DNA of 64,000 bases from the human T2T-CHM13v2.0 reference genome, Homo sapiens: NCBI RefSeq assembly GCF_009914755.1, contig NC_060932.1; one strand, written 5' to 3'. The position numbers were made by a program, and so were the translations under genes. The notes under the pieces were generated by a model. It did no database searches. It was not told the origin of the DNA and saw only the letters and a program-made list of their open reading frames with translations. Position 1 is the first letter of the stretch; the number at the start of each line of letters is the position of its first letter. Of this stretch, positions 15,246-37,626 are shown piece after piece.

Positions 15246-18200
15246 TAATCTCTCACATAAAGCAGGGGTCCAGGGACTCTGGGCCTTCACATGGGTATAG
15301 TAGGTCTTTTCACTTTTCTTGTGCTTTTGAAAATTAGGAGTCGTTTTGGCCAAAGAGAACAGCATTAGACACAAAAGAGTGGGCGCCGAGGACCCTGAGG
15401 GCCTCAGCTACAGCTTTGGAAAGGACTTCCCACAAAGTGTGCCACCAGAATCCCAGAAGACTGGTGGGTGTCTTCAAGCCAAGGTGGAATTAAATCCTAA
15501 AAGTCAATTCAATACCCAAAACCAAGCAGGAGAAATCCACAGGCATGGAGCACACTGACACTTGGAAAAGTCAGCCCACTGACTGAAGTTCCCATTTAAT
15601 AGAAGCAATGAGAATAATCGACTTTTTTGGGTATAAATATGTAAGGTACAAGTGCAGTTTTGTTACACAGATACATTTGTAGTGGTGAAGTCTAGGCTTC
15701 TAGTGTATCTAAATACTGATGTACATTGTAACCATTAGGTAATTTCTCATCCCTCATCCACCTCCCACCCTCCCACTCTTCCGAGTCTCCAATATCTATT
15801 GAGATTAATATACTTTAATTGTGTTTAATTCACAAATGCATAAATGAGGTTTATCTCATTTAAACCTCTCTACCACCTGACTTAGGAAAAGAGACATCAT
15901 TACCCCTGTTTTATAGAGATAGAAGAGTCCAGTCCTCATCCAGCAGGAATCTGGGTTTCCTAACCCCTGGCCAGGATCTTTCTGGCCATATGCAGCCTCC
16001 TTCCTGAACACTAAGCCCTGCTTCTAGATCACAGGAGGAGCCAAAGCAGGAGAAACGAAGCTTCACATTCCAGAAAACTACAGAGGATATAGTCATTGCG
16101 ACGTCCATTTGCACAGATTGAGTTTGGAGTGGGAAATGTTACAGTGGATATTAGTTAATACGCGCTGTTATGGCACAGACAATGTTGGGGCAGAAAAGAA
16201 AGGTCATTTTTATAACAGTGGGTGGCAAGAAGGGAAGGCTGCCTGTAACAGGAGGCATTGAGCTCTGCCATGATGTTATTTTTATGCTTTTTAAAAAGAG
16301 CTTTTTGGCCGGGCGTGGTGGCTCACGCCTGTAATCCCAGCACTTTGGGAGGCTGAGGCAGGTGGATCACAAGGTCAGGAGATTGAGACCATCCTGGCTA
16401 ACACGGTGAAACCCCATCTCTACTAAAAATAAAAAATAAAAAAAATTAGCCAGGCGTGGTGGTGGGCACCTGCAGTCCCAGCTACTCGGGAGGCTGAGGC
16501 AGGAGAATCGGTTGTACCTGGGAGCCGAGATCGTGTTACTGCACTCCAGCCTGGACGACAGAGCAAGACTCTGTCTCAAAACAAAACAAAACAAAACAAA
16601 ACAAAACTTTTTAAAGCTATATGGATTAAAGAAAGCTGAATGATTAAAAAAAAAACCATGAAAAGAAAACCAAGATAAAACAGATATTTATAAAAAGCTA
16701 TCATTGGTTTTACACAGATCTTAGTTCCAGAGCAGCTAATAATAATATTTAAGATTTACTGAGTACTTATTAAGTGCCCAGGCACTATGCTAACTGTGTA
16801 ACGGGAATAATCCCATTGAATTTTCACAACCATCCTATAAGGGAGGTTCTATTATAATCCTAACTTTGCAGATGAGGAAACAGAACTGGAGAGTGGAAGT
16901 GACTTGCCCAGGGTTAAGCACTGTTAGGGAAGTCGACTTATGTAGAGAAATCTTTCACTTGCCTTAGACTGGAGGGAGAGTTTGGAGAGTGTCCTGTTCT
17001 CCTGTTAGTCCTGTTGCTGTATAATTTCCTAACCCTGGTCTTCTAAGGCTTTGATTCCTCAGTCTCCGGAACATCTGATGGAGTTGGTCTAGAAAGAATT
17101 CAGGAGAGAATGAAGTTAGGATCCACTCCATCTTCCATCCCTTCACCAGGATTTATTGACATCCTATGTGCCAGGCGCCCTGCTAGATCCTGGATGTATA
17201 AAGAGCAACACACACCACCGCCTGAAAGAAGAGGACATAGCGTTAGTTACTAAAAAATAATTACCATGATAAATAGCACAAAGAAAGTACATATAAACCA
17301 CTGTGGAGCTTAAAAAATGACAATGAGACAGGAAGAAAGTCAGGGAAAGCTCCCAGGAGGAGGGGATATTTAATTTGAGTCTTACAGGACTAACAGAAGT
17401 TCTACAAGCCAAAAAGGTGGGGAAGTTGTGAACCACCTGAATAGTGAATAGTAGTCCAATAACACCACTATCCAAAAGCTCTCACATTTGAGCAAACCCA
17501 TTGGTAACTCTTTGCAATCATCTCTGTGTCCCTCAGTCAAAATGAAAACAAAAATGCCCAATTCCCCCTCTTTCCTCATTTGCCTCCCAGACACTGAAAA
17601 ATGTTCTCTAATTCATATCCACATGGAGAAGAAAATTCTACATACTTGGAACAAAAGCATGTTCCATGGTAGCGCATGCAAATGAGATACTTGTGGGGTT
17701 TTTTAAGTCAATTCTCCTGTCTTATCCTGTTTCCATAGCTCTCCTCTGGTATATTTAGACACTCTTCTTCTATCCTCTCAACCAAAGAAAGAACTTTATA
17801 AAGCACAAATCTAGTGACATCCAGAGGAAGTCTTCTACATGGTGCTATTTTTATTTTATTGATTTTATTTTGCAAACTAGTTTGTCTTCCTCCTTTGTAC
17901 TTCCAGACAGTAATCAAAACCCTATAAACTATAAATATATTGTTAACATTGACTCACTGGAACTATGTGAGAAAGTACTTACTGCTCCAGTCCCTCAGAT
18001 CCTGCTCCATCATATCAAGGTTAGGAAAACGTGGAAAGCACCTTAGAGACAATGAAAATTAAACTGACCTTTTTTTTTTTTTTTTTTTTGAGATGGAGTC
18101 TTGCTCTGTCACCCAGGCTGGAGCGCAGTGGCATGATCTCGGCTCAGTGCAACCTCCGCTTCCTGGGTTCAAGTAATTCTGCTTCAGCCTCCCGAGTAGC

Positions 18201-18503
18201 TGGGATTAAAGGCGCCGGCCACCATGCCCAGCTAATTTTTGTATTTTTCGTAGAGACGAGGGTTTCATCATGTTGGCCAGGCTGGCCTCGAACTCCTGAC
18301 TTCAGATTATCCACCCGCCTTGGCCTCCCAGAGTGCTGGGATTACAGGCGTGAGCCACTGTGCTGGGCGAAACTGACCTTTTTTGAAATGACACAAGGGT
18401 TGGCCGTTTTGCCTAGATGTTACAATAGAAATAATCACTATGACAACAAATGCCAAATTTACTCAATCCGTATTTCCTGAGAGCCTGCTCTGCACTGTGT
18501 AAG

Positions 18504-18905
18504 TGATGCAGGGCAGATGAACCCCAAAACTGGGGCTTAGTCTGGCTTCACCGAGGAAAGAACTCAAGGACAGCGGCAGCAGAGATACTGCTCCCTACAG
18601 ACCATGGCTACCCACCAGCAGTGCGCCCAGGCTAGGGCTGCAGGCATATTTATACCCACCTTTAATTATATGCAAATTAAGAGGCAGTTTATGCAGAAAT
18701 GTCTAGGTGGGTGGTAACTTCCAGGTCATTGCCATGGAAAGGGGTGGTAACTTCCGGGTATTGCCATGGCGATGGTAAACTGACATGGTGCCGTGGTGGC
18801 CCTGTCTTATGGAAAGCCGCCTCTGCCCGACCCTGTTTAGCTAGTTCTCAATCTGGTCCGGTACCCGAGTCCCCGCCTCCAGAGTCAGTTTCACCTTCTG
18901 CCTCA
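18504..18905 (-). mobile_element. Solo ERV1 LTR (MER50-like)
   Basis: TG...CA termini; 4-bp TSD TAAG; repeated CCATGGCAA..CGGAAGTTACCACCC motif, octamer and TATAAA on the minus strand. Confidence 0.7.
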
Positions 18906-19174
18906 TAAGGCCCTGAGCTGGGCGCTGTTGCATATAAAAATAAGGCAATGAGAGGACTAAATGACCCGGCTTCACTGTAGCTGAGACAGTTTGTTCTCCT
19001 CTCCCCATGACAATCCTGAGGAAAATAAAACTGCTGGAATATCTGCCCAGGCCAACATCTTAAAGTAGCAGTGTCTTTCCAACAGCTGATGTCTGTTTTA
19101 GATCAACAAAAAGTTCAGCAAACATGAAGGTCTTATTGGATAGACCCCTGGAGCTGATTTCCCAGGAAAAATAA

Positions 19175-19582
<408 letters not shown>

Positions 19583-20602
19583 CTACCATCCGCAACCTGG
19601 AATGGCACTTACAAGTTCATGAATTCATCTCAGATCTTTACTCATGATCTGATTTTCCTTCCTTTTCTACAACCTTACTCTGACCTTAGCAAAGGAGGCC
19701 AAGTTTGGACTTCTTACTCAAGTGGACCCTGGTAAGAATTGCGTAGGGGTCAAAAGGCCTACTGTATAAACTTGGGCAAGTCACTTCACCTCTCTGACCC
19801 TCAGTCTCTTCATCTATTAAATAGAGCTGATGCCTAGCTCACAGTGTTGTCTGGGGGGTTACATGAGATAATGTATGTGAATGTGACTAGCTCAATAAAT
19901 GTCACTTTCTGTTGCCACCTTTGAGCTTTCTCATCCTTTTTTTTTTTTTTTTTTTTTTTTGAGGCAGAGTCTCACTCTGTCGCCCAGGCTGGAGTATGGA
20001 GTACAGTGGCACAATCTCGGCTCACCGCAACCTCCGCCTCCCGGATTCAAGTGATTCTCCCACCTCATCCTCCTGAGTAGCTGTGATTACAGGCATGTGC
20101 CACCATGCCTGGCTAATTTTTGTATTTTTAGTAAAGACAGTTTCGCCATGTTGGCTAGGCTGGTCTGGAACTCCTGACCTCATGTGATCGCCTACCTGGG
20201 CCTCCAAAAGTGCTAGGATTATAGGGGTGAGCCACCACGCCTGGCCTTCATCCTTAATAACAAATGACATTTCTTGGCCTTAACAACTCATGAATTTAAC
20301 AGGAATATGAAACATATAATATGTCATGTTGGTGCCTTTAAGATTAATATGAATCAACAAGAATTTGGCTTTAAGAATTTCACATCTAAGATGACTAGAG
20401 ATCCCAGGGATGTCCCAGAGACTGCAAATCAAGACAACAGCAAAGGATATTTGTTCCTTATTATCTTTTGGTCCTATTAGCATTGAAGTAAGAATAATTT
20501 GGGGACTTGGCCGAGCATGGTGGCTCACACCTGTAATCCCAGCACTTTGGGAGGCTGAGGCAGGCAGATCACGAGGTCAGGAGATTGAGACCATCCTAGC
20601 TA

Positions 20603-20857
<255 letters not shown>

Positions 20858-21398
20858 TTAGGTTTAAATAAAATTTGGCTCTGGGTTGTGGTTTAGCTAG
20901 ACATTTATGAGTGATCGTTCAGGTAATACATCTAAGAAAAGACAATTTTAAGGGATTATATATATTTGATATGGATTTGAAATTGCAATTTTCTGAATGA
21001 GGAAGCCTAGAGTTGGAGTGTTTTTCCATTTTTTTCTTAGTCATAGATTAACTTTGATATTTGGCTCTGACATATCCTGTGCGATCCTGTTTCCTGCAAA
21101 AACACAGCTCTCAAGTCGGGAACTGCTGTGATGTGGAGCTGGTGTTTGACGACGGCTTTGAGCATCTCAGCTAGAACACACTATGCAAACATGGAATATT
21201 ATTTCTCATCTCTTACCCTAAGAAGGGAGAGACAGGAGCTTAATCCCCAGATGCCACCAGGGTTTCAGAGAGAACAAAGAAGTGACCAGAAAACCTCGCA
21301 GCCCCTTAGAGAACGAGATAGAGGTTTGGGCTCTGGCTGCTCAGCTGGGCACTGCTGACTCTGCCACTTGCAAATGTCCTGTGGCTTGTGCCATTCTA

Positions 21399-21752
<354 letters not shown>

Positions 21753-22218
21753 CTAAAAACAACAGAAAAGAAACTGGATGAGCCCTCTGATGGGAATCTC
21801 AGGGAGAACGCTCTGTGATTCCCTGTCTGATAGCAGAAGGACACTAAGGTTGTGAAGAATGCTCTCTCACCCTTGCAAAGCAATGCAGCAGCTGGAGATC
21901 AGTGACTCGTCCAAGTTGTACAGCTAGTAAAGCACAGTCCTAGTGTGGAGCTCAGGGCTTGTGAGTGGAGTCCAGTGTGCTTTCTCTTTTGAGGCCACCA
22001 GTGTTAGCAGTATTGACCACAAGTCCCACCTAGCCTCTTTTTCTTTACTGGTTAGGAGCAACTGAGTCTGCTCTAGATCCCTTTAAAATCCTCCTCAAGG
22101 ATCTGAAGGCAGCCCGCATTCATGATCTCCTTCCTTCCTGCCCCAGCACCTTTCCACAGGCAGTTCCATCTTTGGCCAGCCTTCCTTCCCCACGCAACCC
22201 TGCCCCACTCAGAAGCCT

Positions 22219-22251
<33 letters not shown>

Positions 22252-23515
22252 AGATGGAGTCTTGCTCTGTCACCAGGCTGGAGTGCAGCGGCACGATCTC
22301 GGCTCCGCCTCCCAGGTTCAAGAGATTCTCCTGCCTCAGCCTCCTGAGTAGCTGGGACTACAGGCGTGTGCCACCATGCCCAGCTAATTTTTGTATTTTT
22401 AGTAGAGACGGGGTTTCACCATGTTGGCCAGGATGGTCTCGATCTCTTGACCTCGTGATCTGCCCGCCTTGGCCTCCCAAAGTGCTGGAATTACAGGCAT
22501 GAGCCACCGCGCCCAGCCCTCAGACTGCTTCTTACCCTGCATGTTTAGTCTAAATGTCGTCTCCATGGAAATGCCTTCCCTGTCTACTCCACTGTTCTGT
22601 ATCCCATACCCAAACTGTCTCCTTTACAGCAACTGTCAGGAGGTGTGGGTATTTGTTAGTTTACTGGTTTATCATCTGAGTCAGCCCCAGGATAAGAGGT
22701 TGAGGCAGCTGTGCTCAGTGCTAGTACATGCCTTGCATATTTGATGAATGAATGAACTCTTTGAAAACAGTGAGCCCCATAAACCACTATCTCTGTTTTA
22801 TCTCTGGTCACAGCTGTTAATCCTGCTGTTGAAGGTCAGGTAAGCAACACAAATCTTTCTGACTTAAAAATACCTCCCCCTGAGGCTTGCCCTAGTTCTC
22901 TTAGAACAATTTATAAAGCTGGTATTTGTTTGCTGCAGTTTTGCAATTTGCAACAAGACAGAAGTGCTAGAATTTTAGTCATCCCCCATCCTCCTTTGCA
23001 GGATAGAACTGGGTGTAGGTAAAGACCTTCGGTGCCTGTAGAAGGAAGGAAACTGGATCCAAGAAGCAGGTGATTTCATTTCCATCAATCTTTAGGTTCC
23101 AGATGGAGGAGCTGTGCATTTGGGCTCATTAGCTGTGCTCACTAAAGATGGACCTGGAGCATGACAGCACAGCCCTAGCTGGTCTGCCCAAGTCTGTGCC
23201 TGTCCCCAGTGCTCTTAGCTATGTGCTTGCAGCGTGCTGCAGCTGCATAGCCACCCAGGTTCTTCCCAGGATCAGCTGAGAACATTTTAGTTGCAAGTGA
23301 CAGAAAACCTCACATAAACTAACACTAGCAAAAAGAGAACTTATTAGCTTTCACAATCGGAAAAGTCCAGGGACAGGGCTGGCTTTACCTGCAGCTTCAT
23401 GCTGGGCCCCTGCTATATTCCCAGGACCTGGTTCCTCTCTGGGAGTCTCTGGGCTTCCTGTCCTCTGTGTTGATTCCATTCTCATCCATACCCTCCCCCG
23501 GAAGCAGGATGTCTA

Positions 23516-23785
<270 letters not shown>

Positions 23786-24154
23786 CTACTGCACCCCAGC
23801 CTGGACAAAAGAGCGAGACTCTGTCTCAAACAAAACAAAACAAAACAAAACAAAACAAAACATTTCCTGTGTGCAAGTTCATCAGGGTAAGAGTGTCCCA
23901 CCTCTTTTCCAGTGGTCTCAGAAGCCCTGTGGTGTCTTGCCAACTCTGATTTGGTTGCCTGTTGTCCCTGAAAATCACAGTGGGCAGGTCTGAGAGGCAG
24001 GCCTGGAGCAGAAGGATGCATCAGCTCCCCCAAAAGCTGATGGACTGAGAGTGGAGTGAGGTTGTTCCACAAAAGGAAACTGGGGTTCTGTTACCAAGAG
24101 AAAGGCAGGTGAATTCAAGGCAACAGACATAGCACGTGTCCTTTTTATCTCCTA

Positions 24155-24460
<306 letters not shown>

Positions 24461-24584
24461 TTAAAAAGAAAAAAAAGAAAAGAAAAAAAAAAGATCTCTT
24501 GGTGTGCCCCTCCTTCCCGTGGCCTTGCCGAAGCAGAGGATGACCAAAGGCCTGTGTCCCTGTGGCGCATTCCTCATCTCATAA

Positions 24585-24899
<315 letters not shown>

Positions 24900-24999
24900 T
24901 GAAGCGACCCACCTGCCTCAGCCTTCCAGAGTGCAGGGGGTTACAGATGTGAGCCACCTTGCCCAGCTCCCTCTTGGGGGAGGGATGGCTTTAACAGAT

Positions 25000-25345
25000 A
25001 TTTTACTGTTACTTAGATATTTTACTATTTAGATATTTACTCATTTATTTTACTGTTTAGATATTTACTAACATATTGTAAGTAATAGGATATCCTATTA
25101 CTTAGATATTTACTAAAATATCGTAATAAGATATCCTATTACTTAGATATTTACTAAAATATCGTAATAGGATATCCTATTACTTAGATATTTACTAAAA
25201 TATCGAATAGGATATCCTATTACTTAGATATTTACTAAAATATCGTAAGTAATAGGATACCTATTACCTAGATATTTACTAAAATATAGCAATAAGATAT
25301 CGTATTACTTAGATATTTTACTATTGCTTATATTTTATTATTACT
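25000..25345. repeat. AT-rich 41-bp minisatellite (~6 copies) made of palindromes
   Basis: Unit GTAATAGGATATCCTATTAC-TTA-GATATTTACTAAAATATC, starting at about 25082, 25123, 25164, 25205, 25249 and 25289, with degenerate flanks. Confidence 0.9.
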
Positions 25346-25896
25346 TTTAACAGATATTTCACTGTATTTTACTGTTTGCCTTTTAACAGGTGTTTTGCTA
25401 TTAAGGCCAAACAGTTTTTCTGTTCTATCATTGTTTTTTTTGTTTTCTCTCTTTGATGGAGAGGAGATGAAATGAGCTGCTGTTTAGCCTGAGTACACCA
25501 TTGTGCTTTATATCTATCAGCACCAGAAATACCCCTGAGAGCTGAACCGTAGAAAGCTTTCTAGAAACAAATGAACTTATGAAGCATTTTAAGCTACAGG
25601 TTTTCCCACTGCAGTGCATCATGGGGAGAGGTAAAAGCGTGGAGGATCTGGCTTCAGGCAGACCTTAGCTTAAAGCCCATTAAGGCCACCAGGCTGCACA
25701 TCTCCTGGGGGCCCCCTTCACAGCAGACTCAGTGTGCAGGGCACCTCTGGAGTAGTGGCTGCATGGATGACCCAGCCATGTGCAGCAGCCTTGAATCCCG
25801 TTTCCCTCACTGACTAGCTGTGTGGCCTTGGACAGGTATTTGAACTCTCTAAGCGCTGGTTGCCTCATCTAATACAGCATTAATAAATATTTATTA

Positions 25897-26282
<386 letters not shown>

Positions 26283-26483
26283 TCAGGAGTTCGAGACCAG
26301 CCTGACCAACATGACAAAACCCCAAACAAACCTCAGGAAACTAGTAATAGAAGGAATCCTCCTTAATCTAATAAAGGATATTTACAAAAACCCCCAACAC
26401 CTAACATAAACACTTAATGGTGAACAACTAAATGCTTTCCCCCAAAGTTCAAGAACAAGGCAAGGATATCCTACTTAACATAA

Positions 26484-30940
<4,457 letters not shown>

Positions 30941-31402
30941 TTTACGAAGTGCATAAAGTGGAATTGAAACAAACCACAAATGCTACTGTAAGTGAGTTCC
31001 CTCCAAGATCTCTGAGACTCAGACCTACCAATGATAGTAAGAGTCTCCTTAGCAGGAGACAAATTATTCCTAGGAAGGAGATTATATTTGTTCTTCGAAA
31101 TTGGAAGAGGAGGAAGAAAAAAAGAGAAGCCCATGAGCACCAAGTAAACATGGTGAATACTTTATTATTGGGCTCTTAAATTGTCAGTTTCATATGCGTG
31201 ATTTCCCATAAATATCATGCCATTGGCCGGGCACAGTGGCTCACACCTGTAATCCCAGCACTTTGGGAGGCCGAGGCGGGCAGATCATGAGGTCAGGAGA
31301 TCGAGAGCATCCTGGCTAACACGGTGAAACCCCGTCTCCACTAAAAAATACAAAAAAAATTAGCCGGGCGTGGTGGCGGGAACCTGTAGTCCCAGCTACT
31401 CA

Positions 31403-31546
<144 letters not shown>

Positions 31547-32692
31547 TTATACTTCAGATTCTAGCTTTTTAAAGGCCCATACATCTTAAACTTTGTTTTT
31601 TGGGGATCAAGTCTCAAAAATGTTGTCTAAGATAGACAATGTTTCCTCTGGGGTGTGGAGTTCCATCATTTGTCAGGCATCATGCATATTTCAGTATTTT
31701 ACCATCTAGTGACATCATCCATCTGCTGACTCCTGATGTTTTAATGACAAAGTTGGCATCACTGGGCTCCGGGAAGCGTCATGCTGGGCATGCCCTTCTA
31801 ACTCTCTGAACTCCCGCATCCTTACTCACCTATCCACACGAGGGGCTGTAGAATAGAAAATTTTAATTTTCAGGTCAGATTTCCTATGATTCTGGACCCT
31901 AAAATCTTTGTAATAGAGTCCACTCTGCTGTGATTGGGTCATCCATACATCATCCTCTTGACCTTCACAGTCTGATCAATTCATGGTCAGGTTTATTTAT
32001 CTGGATTCATCAGCCCCTGTAAAACATGCCATGTGATTTCATCCTTATGAAGAAAAATGTGTAAGCGCCTGGAGGCTAACGATATTAGGAATGCAATTTA
32101 AAATTATAATTGGGAGCTCCAAAAATAAATTCAGATTAAAACTTAAAAGAAAATGCTGGGAAAACATTTTTTTATTGGATACAAGTTCTAATGTGATCAA
32201 GAAGAATTCATGGAAAATGGATGTCTCATATTAACATAGCAGGTGGATGTTCATCTAAGCCTCTTGAGTGGTGTTTAAAATCACTTGTACCAGTTAGCAT
32301 GTGATTTAAGTATCACTGGACCCACCCTCCTAGAATAAACTGAATTAGACACATCATTGCTTTTCTTTTGTTTGTTTGTTAAGAGAAAATAGGATGAAAA
32401 GATAGATCATGAATTAGTGGCGTTTGTTGTAGAGCCTCTTCATGGTGAGGCAGATACAGTAATTTTGGAAATATGTAACATGCAAAGTGTGTGGGCCTGG
32501 GTGAGATCAGAGGCCAGGCTGGCTCAAGGTGAATCCTGTACTGAGTCCCCAGTAGGGTCACGCAGTCCAACCGGGACAATTTCCTTTTCTTAATAAAACA
32601 GTGGCTTGGTAAAGCTAACAGAAACTTGAAGATTTCAAGATCTAATACATTGAACTTTCGGAATAAAATCACAGTGTACTAATTTCATGCAG

Positions 32693-32802
32693 GAATGGAC
32701 AGACCACAAGTTACGCTGGAATCCTGATGATTATGGTGGGATCCATTCCATTAAAGTTCCATCAGAATCTCTGTGGCTTCCTGACATAGTTCTCTTTGAA
32801 AA
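32693..32802 (+). CDS. CHRNB3: CHRNB3 coding exon 4 (110 nt)
   Basis: catgcag|GAA TGG ACA...TTT GAA AA|gtaagt. Translates [36 protein letters not shown](N), including the WxPDIVL motif. Confidence 0.97.
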
Positions 32803-32865
32803 GTAAGTATCACATTGTTTCTTACTTATGGGGAAAAAAATAAATTTTTTAAAAAGTGAAAAAAA

Positions 32866-33191
<326 letters not shown>

Positions 33192-33761
33192 AAAAAGTGA
33201 AAAAAAGGAAAGTAAGTATCACAGAAGAAAACTATTTTGGTCAGATTAACACTAGGAATAGAAAATTCTGATTCAGGCAAAATACTTAAAAGAAATATTC
33301 AATTTTAAATAAAAAAATTGTTTATTAAAACAGTTACCTGGCGTTGTGGTAGAAAAGTCCTAAAATAGGGCAGGGTGTGGTGGCTCATGCCTGTAATCCC
33401 AGCACTTTGGGAGGCCGAGGCGGGCAATTCATGAGGTCAGGAGTTCGGGACCAGCCTGGCCAACATGGCGAAACCCTGTCTCTACTAAAAATACAAAAAC
33501 TTAGCTGCGCATGGTGGCCGGTGCCTGTAATCCCAGCTACTCAGGAGGCTGAAGCAGGCAAATTGCTTGAACCCGGGAGGCGGAGGTTGCAGTGAGCCGA
33601 GATGGCGCCACCGCACTCCAGCCCGGGCGATAGAGTGAGACTCCATCTCAAAAAAGAAAAGAAAAGAAAAGTCATAAAACAGAAATAGTCAATGCTGGGA
33701 AAAAGAACAAAAACTAGCAGGTGCTCCACCGACTGCTAAGGTGAAACTGCTTTGATTGCAG

Positions 33762-34644
33762 TGCTGACGGCCGCTTCGAAGGCTCCCTGATGACCAAGGT
33801 CATCGTGAAATCAAACGGAACTGTTGTCTGGACCCCTCCCGCCAGCTACAAAAGCTCCTGCACCATGGACGTCACGTTTTTCCCGTTCGACCGACAGAAC
33901 TGCTCCATGAAGTTTGGATCCTGGACTTATGATGGCACCATGGTTGACCTCATTTTGATCAATGAAAATGTCGACAGAAAAGACTTCTTCGATAACGGAG
34001 AATGGGAAATACTGAACGCAAAGGGGATGAAGGGGAACAGAAGGGACGGCGTGTACTCCTATCCCTTTATCACGTATTCCTTCGTCCTGAGACGCCTGCC
34101 TTTATTCTATACCCTCTTTCTCATCATCCCCTGCCTGGGGCTGTCTTTCCTAACAGTTCTTGTGTTCTATTTACCTTCGGATGAAGGAGAAAAACTTTCA
34201 TTATCCACATCGGTCTTGGTTTCTCTGACAGTTTTCCTTTTAGTGATTGAAGAAATCATCCCATCGTCTTCCAAAGTCATTCCTCTCATTGGAGAGTACC
34301 TGCTGTTCATCATGATTTTTGTGACCCTGTCCATCATTGTTACCGTGTTTGTCATTAACGTTCACCACAGATCTTCTTCCACGTACCACCCCATGGCCCC
34401 CTGGGTTAAGAGGCTCTTTCTGCAGAAACTTCCAAAATTACTTTGCATGAAAGATCATGTGGATCGCTACTCATCCCCAGAGAAAGAGGAGAGTCAACCA
34501 GTAGTGAAAGGCAAAGTCCTCGAAAAAAAGAAACAGAAACAGCTTAGTGATGGAGAAAAAGTTCTAGTTGCTTTTTTGGAAAAAGCTGCTGATTCCATTA
34601 GATACATTTCGAGACATGTGAAGAAAGAACATTTTATCAGCCAG
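33762..34644 (+). CDS. CHRNB3: CHRNB3 coding exon 5 (883 nt): Cys-loop, TM1-TM3, cytoplasmic loop
   Basis: ttgcag|T GCT GAC GGC...AGC CAG|gtgagt; ORF 33790..34680. Cys-loop [15 protein letters not shown]; no vicinal CC in loop C, so a non-alpha subunit; phase matches exon 4. Confidence 0.98.
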
Positions 34645-35114
34645 GTGAGTAAACTGGTATTCCTGATAATGCTGCCGTAAAGGTAGGCCAAAGACAAATA
34701 TTTTGACATCTGTTTACAATAAAATATTGTCATGGTTTAAATGTGACATTATATAAGACATGCTTTTTATACATATAACATTTAAAGCAAGCCCTGACAT
34801 AACATAGCGACATTAGTATGAATTTTTAGGAAGTAGTTCACAAAAACATAAGGAGCAAAAGTGAAGCAACTGTTGATTAAGCAACTGTTGATTAAGCATT
34901 GTTTCTTATAATTCTATATTAAATAATTCAATTACACATTTTAAGTTGGTTAGCCTGGTTTCTGGTAATTTATCTTTCATTTTTCATTGGATGATAAATA
35001 TGTTCAACCACAGTATTTAGAAATAAAAGATCAGAAAGAATGAGATTTTTAAATTAATATAAAATGTAGTGTTACAACAGATATTTTGGTGAGGAAAGAG
35101 GATGTGGTTATTTA

Positions 35115-35387
<273 letters not shown>

Positions 35388-35574
35388 TCAGAAAAAAGAA
35401 AAAGAAGATAAAAGAGAAGGAGAAAGAAAAGAAGTAGCGTGGGAAGAGTGTGAATTTCAGACTGAAAACAGTCCTGGGTTCAGATCATAATCTGAATGAC
35501 TTAAGACAAGTTACTTAACCTGAGCCTCAGTTTTCTGAATCCTACCTTGAAAAGTTTGTGTGAGGATTAAATGA

Positions 35575-35971
<397 letters not shown>

Positions 35972-36134
35972 TGAGCCACCGTGACCAGCCCATTCTTCTA
36001 AACAGTCCTTCCCCAGTGGAATGAAAATATTATTTGACGTGCAGATATTAAGCGTAAAAAGTGATCTGTTGGGCCAGGCACGGTGGCTCATGCCTGTAAT
36101 CCCAGCACTTTGGGAGGCCAAGGTGAGTGGATCA

Positions 36135-36353
<219 letters not shown>

Positions 36354-36567
36354 TCAAAAAAAAAAAAAAAAAAAAAAAAGTGATCTGTTGCCTAAAGCAA
36401 GTTACATATTTTCAATTTATATGATAACTTCAATTTATAGGGTTCAAATATTTTACTCTAAAATTGATGAAAATTAGTGCCAAGAGCCTGATCCCGTAAA
36501 CAAACTGATGAAAGAATTTTTTTTTTTTTTTTTGAGATGGAGTCTCGCTCTGTCACCGAGGCTGTAG

Positions 36568-36720
<153 letters not shown>

Positions 36721-37128
36721 TAACCAGGATGGTGTCGATTTCCTGACCTCGTGATCCGCCCACCTCGGCCTCCCAAAGTGCTGGGATTACAGGCCTGAGC
36801 CACTGCACCTGGCCAAGAATTTTTTTTAGAAATATCCTTCTACATTTTCTCTTGCGTTCAAAGACACTGCCTCATATGTCCTCTCTCTTAACAATCTGTC
36901 ATGTTTTTCATCCACTTAAAATTGTTTTTAAAAGCACTAGAAAAGTGACTGCTGCTAGACAAGAAACATTCAGCTGTCAAGTTGGGAGAATTTTTTTGTT
37001 TGTTTCTTAACATCTTTTAAAAACACTAATACAGGGCCAGGCGCGGTAGCTCACGCCTGTAATCCCAGCACTTTGGGAGGCGGAGGCGGGCGGATCACGA
37101 GGTCAGGAGACGGAGACCATCCTGGCTA

Positions 37129-37626
<498 letters not shown>

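Noticed and set aside
25000-25345. CRISPR-like look of the palindromic repeat array
   Set aside because: The spacers are identical rather than unique, the context is a eukaryotic intron, and there are no cas genes.
34864-34898. 15-bp tandem duplication AAGCAACTGTTGATT x2 after CHRNB3 exon 5
   Set aside because: Ordinary slippage duplication with no evident function.
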